Origin: Paramoeba atlantica
Lineage: Eukaryota; Protista; Discosea
Direction of reading: 5' to 3'
NCBI GenBank assembly: GCA_977017575.1
Contig: CDRNVI010000015.1
Location: forward strand, 62,001 to 126,000
Length of the DNA: 64,000 bases
Below are positions 62,910-64,000 of the stretch, piece after piece (the stretch's first letter is position 1; every line of letters starts with the position of its first letter). The notes below the pieces were generated by a model. The model searched no databases and was not told the DNA's origin. It was given only the letters and a program-made list of their open reading frames with translations. Made by a program: the position numbers and the translations under genes.

Positions 62910-63581
62910 ATGTCTGGTGAAGCGAGGTACCCCATTTTGCCGTCACGCATGGGTCTAAGCGTGATGAAAACTCGACTCAAGGGTGCCCAGAATGGGCACC
63001 GCATGCTGAAAAAGAAAGCAGATGCCATTCAAGTGAGGTTTCGCTCGATTGTAAAAGAGCTATCCGAAACAAAAAACGAGTTGGTAAGTCACACAAAACA
63101 GGCACAGTTTTCTCTCTGCGAAGCTCGGTTTTTCGCTCCAGGCGGTACATTAGATTTCGCAATTCAAGAGTCGCTGAAGCTCCCGACACTTCAAGTCCAT
63201 CTTGCCACAGAAAGTATTGCTGGAGTGCCCACACCAAAATTTTCGCTTGCAACGGACTCACTTGAGTGGGAAAAGACAGTGAGCACTGATGTTGTTTCTT
63301 TGGGGCAAGGCGGTGCACACATTACCCGGGCCCGCCAAAGTTTGTATGAATTACTATCGGAATATGTGCGAATTGCATCTCTACAAACTGCATTCATTGC
63401 GCTGGATCAAGCTCTTCGCAAGACTAACCGTAGAGTCAATGCTTTGGAAAAGGTTGTGATTCCAAAGATGATTCGTACAGCGCATTACATTGAAAGTGAG
63501 TTGGAGGAAATGGGCAAGGAGGAATTCTTTCGACTCAAAATGGTGTGCAAGAAAAAGAAACAAGAGGGACATAGCCGGTAA
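62910..63581 (+). CDS. ATP6V1D: V-type ATPase subunit D
   Basis: RLKGAQNGHRMLKKKADA...RF and TNRRVNALEKVVIPK...YIESELEEMGKEEFFRLK motifs. Confidence 0.95.
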   Translation: MSGEARYPILPSRMGLSVMKTRLKGAQNGHRMLKKKADAIQVRFRSIVKELSETKNELVSHTKQAQFSLCEARFFAPGGTLDFAIQESLKLPTLQVHLATESIAGVPTPKFSLATDSLEWEKTVSTDVVSLGQGGAHITRARQSLYELLSEYVRIASLQTAFIALDQALRKTNRRVNALEKVVIPKMIRTAHYIESELEEMGKEEFFRLKMVCKKKKQEGHSR

Positions 63582-63719
63582 ATATTTTTATAGTTTCTCA
63601 TGAGGGAAGTGGGCTTTTCTATAAACTCATACAATATAAATACGGTACCTGCAATGTGTGATAGGTAAAAATGGGGTATAATAGCCATTTTCCTGGATTA
63701 AATGTCCAGGACTTGCCAC

Positions 63720-63868
63720 TACTGTCCCCTTACTATCCTAGCGTTGCTCGGTATCCGCCTCATTAGCGTTGCGTTTGGGGCTGTCTCTTGCCGCGAAGCG
63801 GCAAATCTTTTTACCTCCCCTCTTAGCGTTGCTTTCTACCAGAACCGGGCAACGCTAGGATCTATAGT
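63720..63868. mobile_element. MITE-like element, family B copy 2 (inverted relative to copy 1, right end degenerate)
   Basis: Collinear with the reverse complement of 24697-24877: TATCCTAGCGTTGC, CTCATTAGCGTTGC, GCCGCGAAGCGGC and GGCAACGCTAGGAT. Confidence 0.8.
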
Positions 63869-64000
63869 CTGTCTTATTTTCTACTGATTTTTTTAAATAC
63901 CTTTTAAATATTTTGGAGAAGAAAACGTTTTTCAAGTTGTTGACATCCTTTTGTAAATGTTGAATCCAGATTCTTCGAAACTCAAAATCTTTGTCCGTTT

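Noticed and set aside
1-64000. tRNA, rRNA or SL RNA genes
   Set aside because: No cloverleaf, A/B-box pair, rRNA or mini-exon signature recognised; tRNAscan-SE or Infernal would be needed to exclude them.

Overview
Gene-dense eukaryotic DNA, most likely a kinetoplastid of the Perkinsela type. This is inferred from about 30 apparently intronless CDSs all on the + strand (polycistronic-style), a KREH2-like RNA-editing helicase, a kinetoplastid-type ATP synthase subunit e and 'LTxLPxxL' LRR proteins; it was not confirmed by any database search. Recognisable genes: SF1/BBP, two tandem REX1-type exonucleases, Misato, FTase alpha, PRPP synthetase, ASCC3, LipB, ALADIN, CFIm25, LysRS, a MAPR cytochrome b5 protein, MetAP1, an M16 subunit, BCCIP, a Sec7-family protein, uL30m and V-ATPase D. 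Main observations: (1) ASCC3 is split by a ~430-bp structured, repeat-bearing insertion with a diverged sister copy at 1.5-1.76 kb; its ends allow a GT...AG excision that exactly restores the frame. (2) Two short TIR element families (TA-flanked, 2 copies; TTAA-flanked, 1 copy) share a GCCGC-GAA-GCGGC hairpin. (3) Six strong and one weak ~1-kb GC-rich islands switch from C-rich to G-rich regardless of gene position. No tRNA, rRNA or CRISPR array could be supported. All alignments and counts were done by hand.
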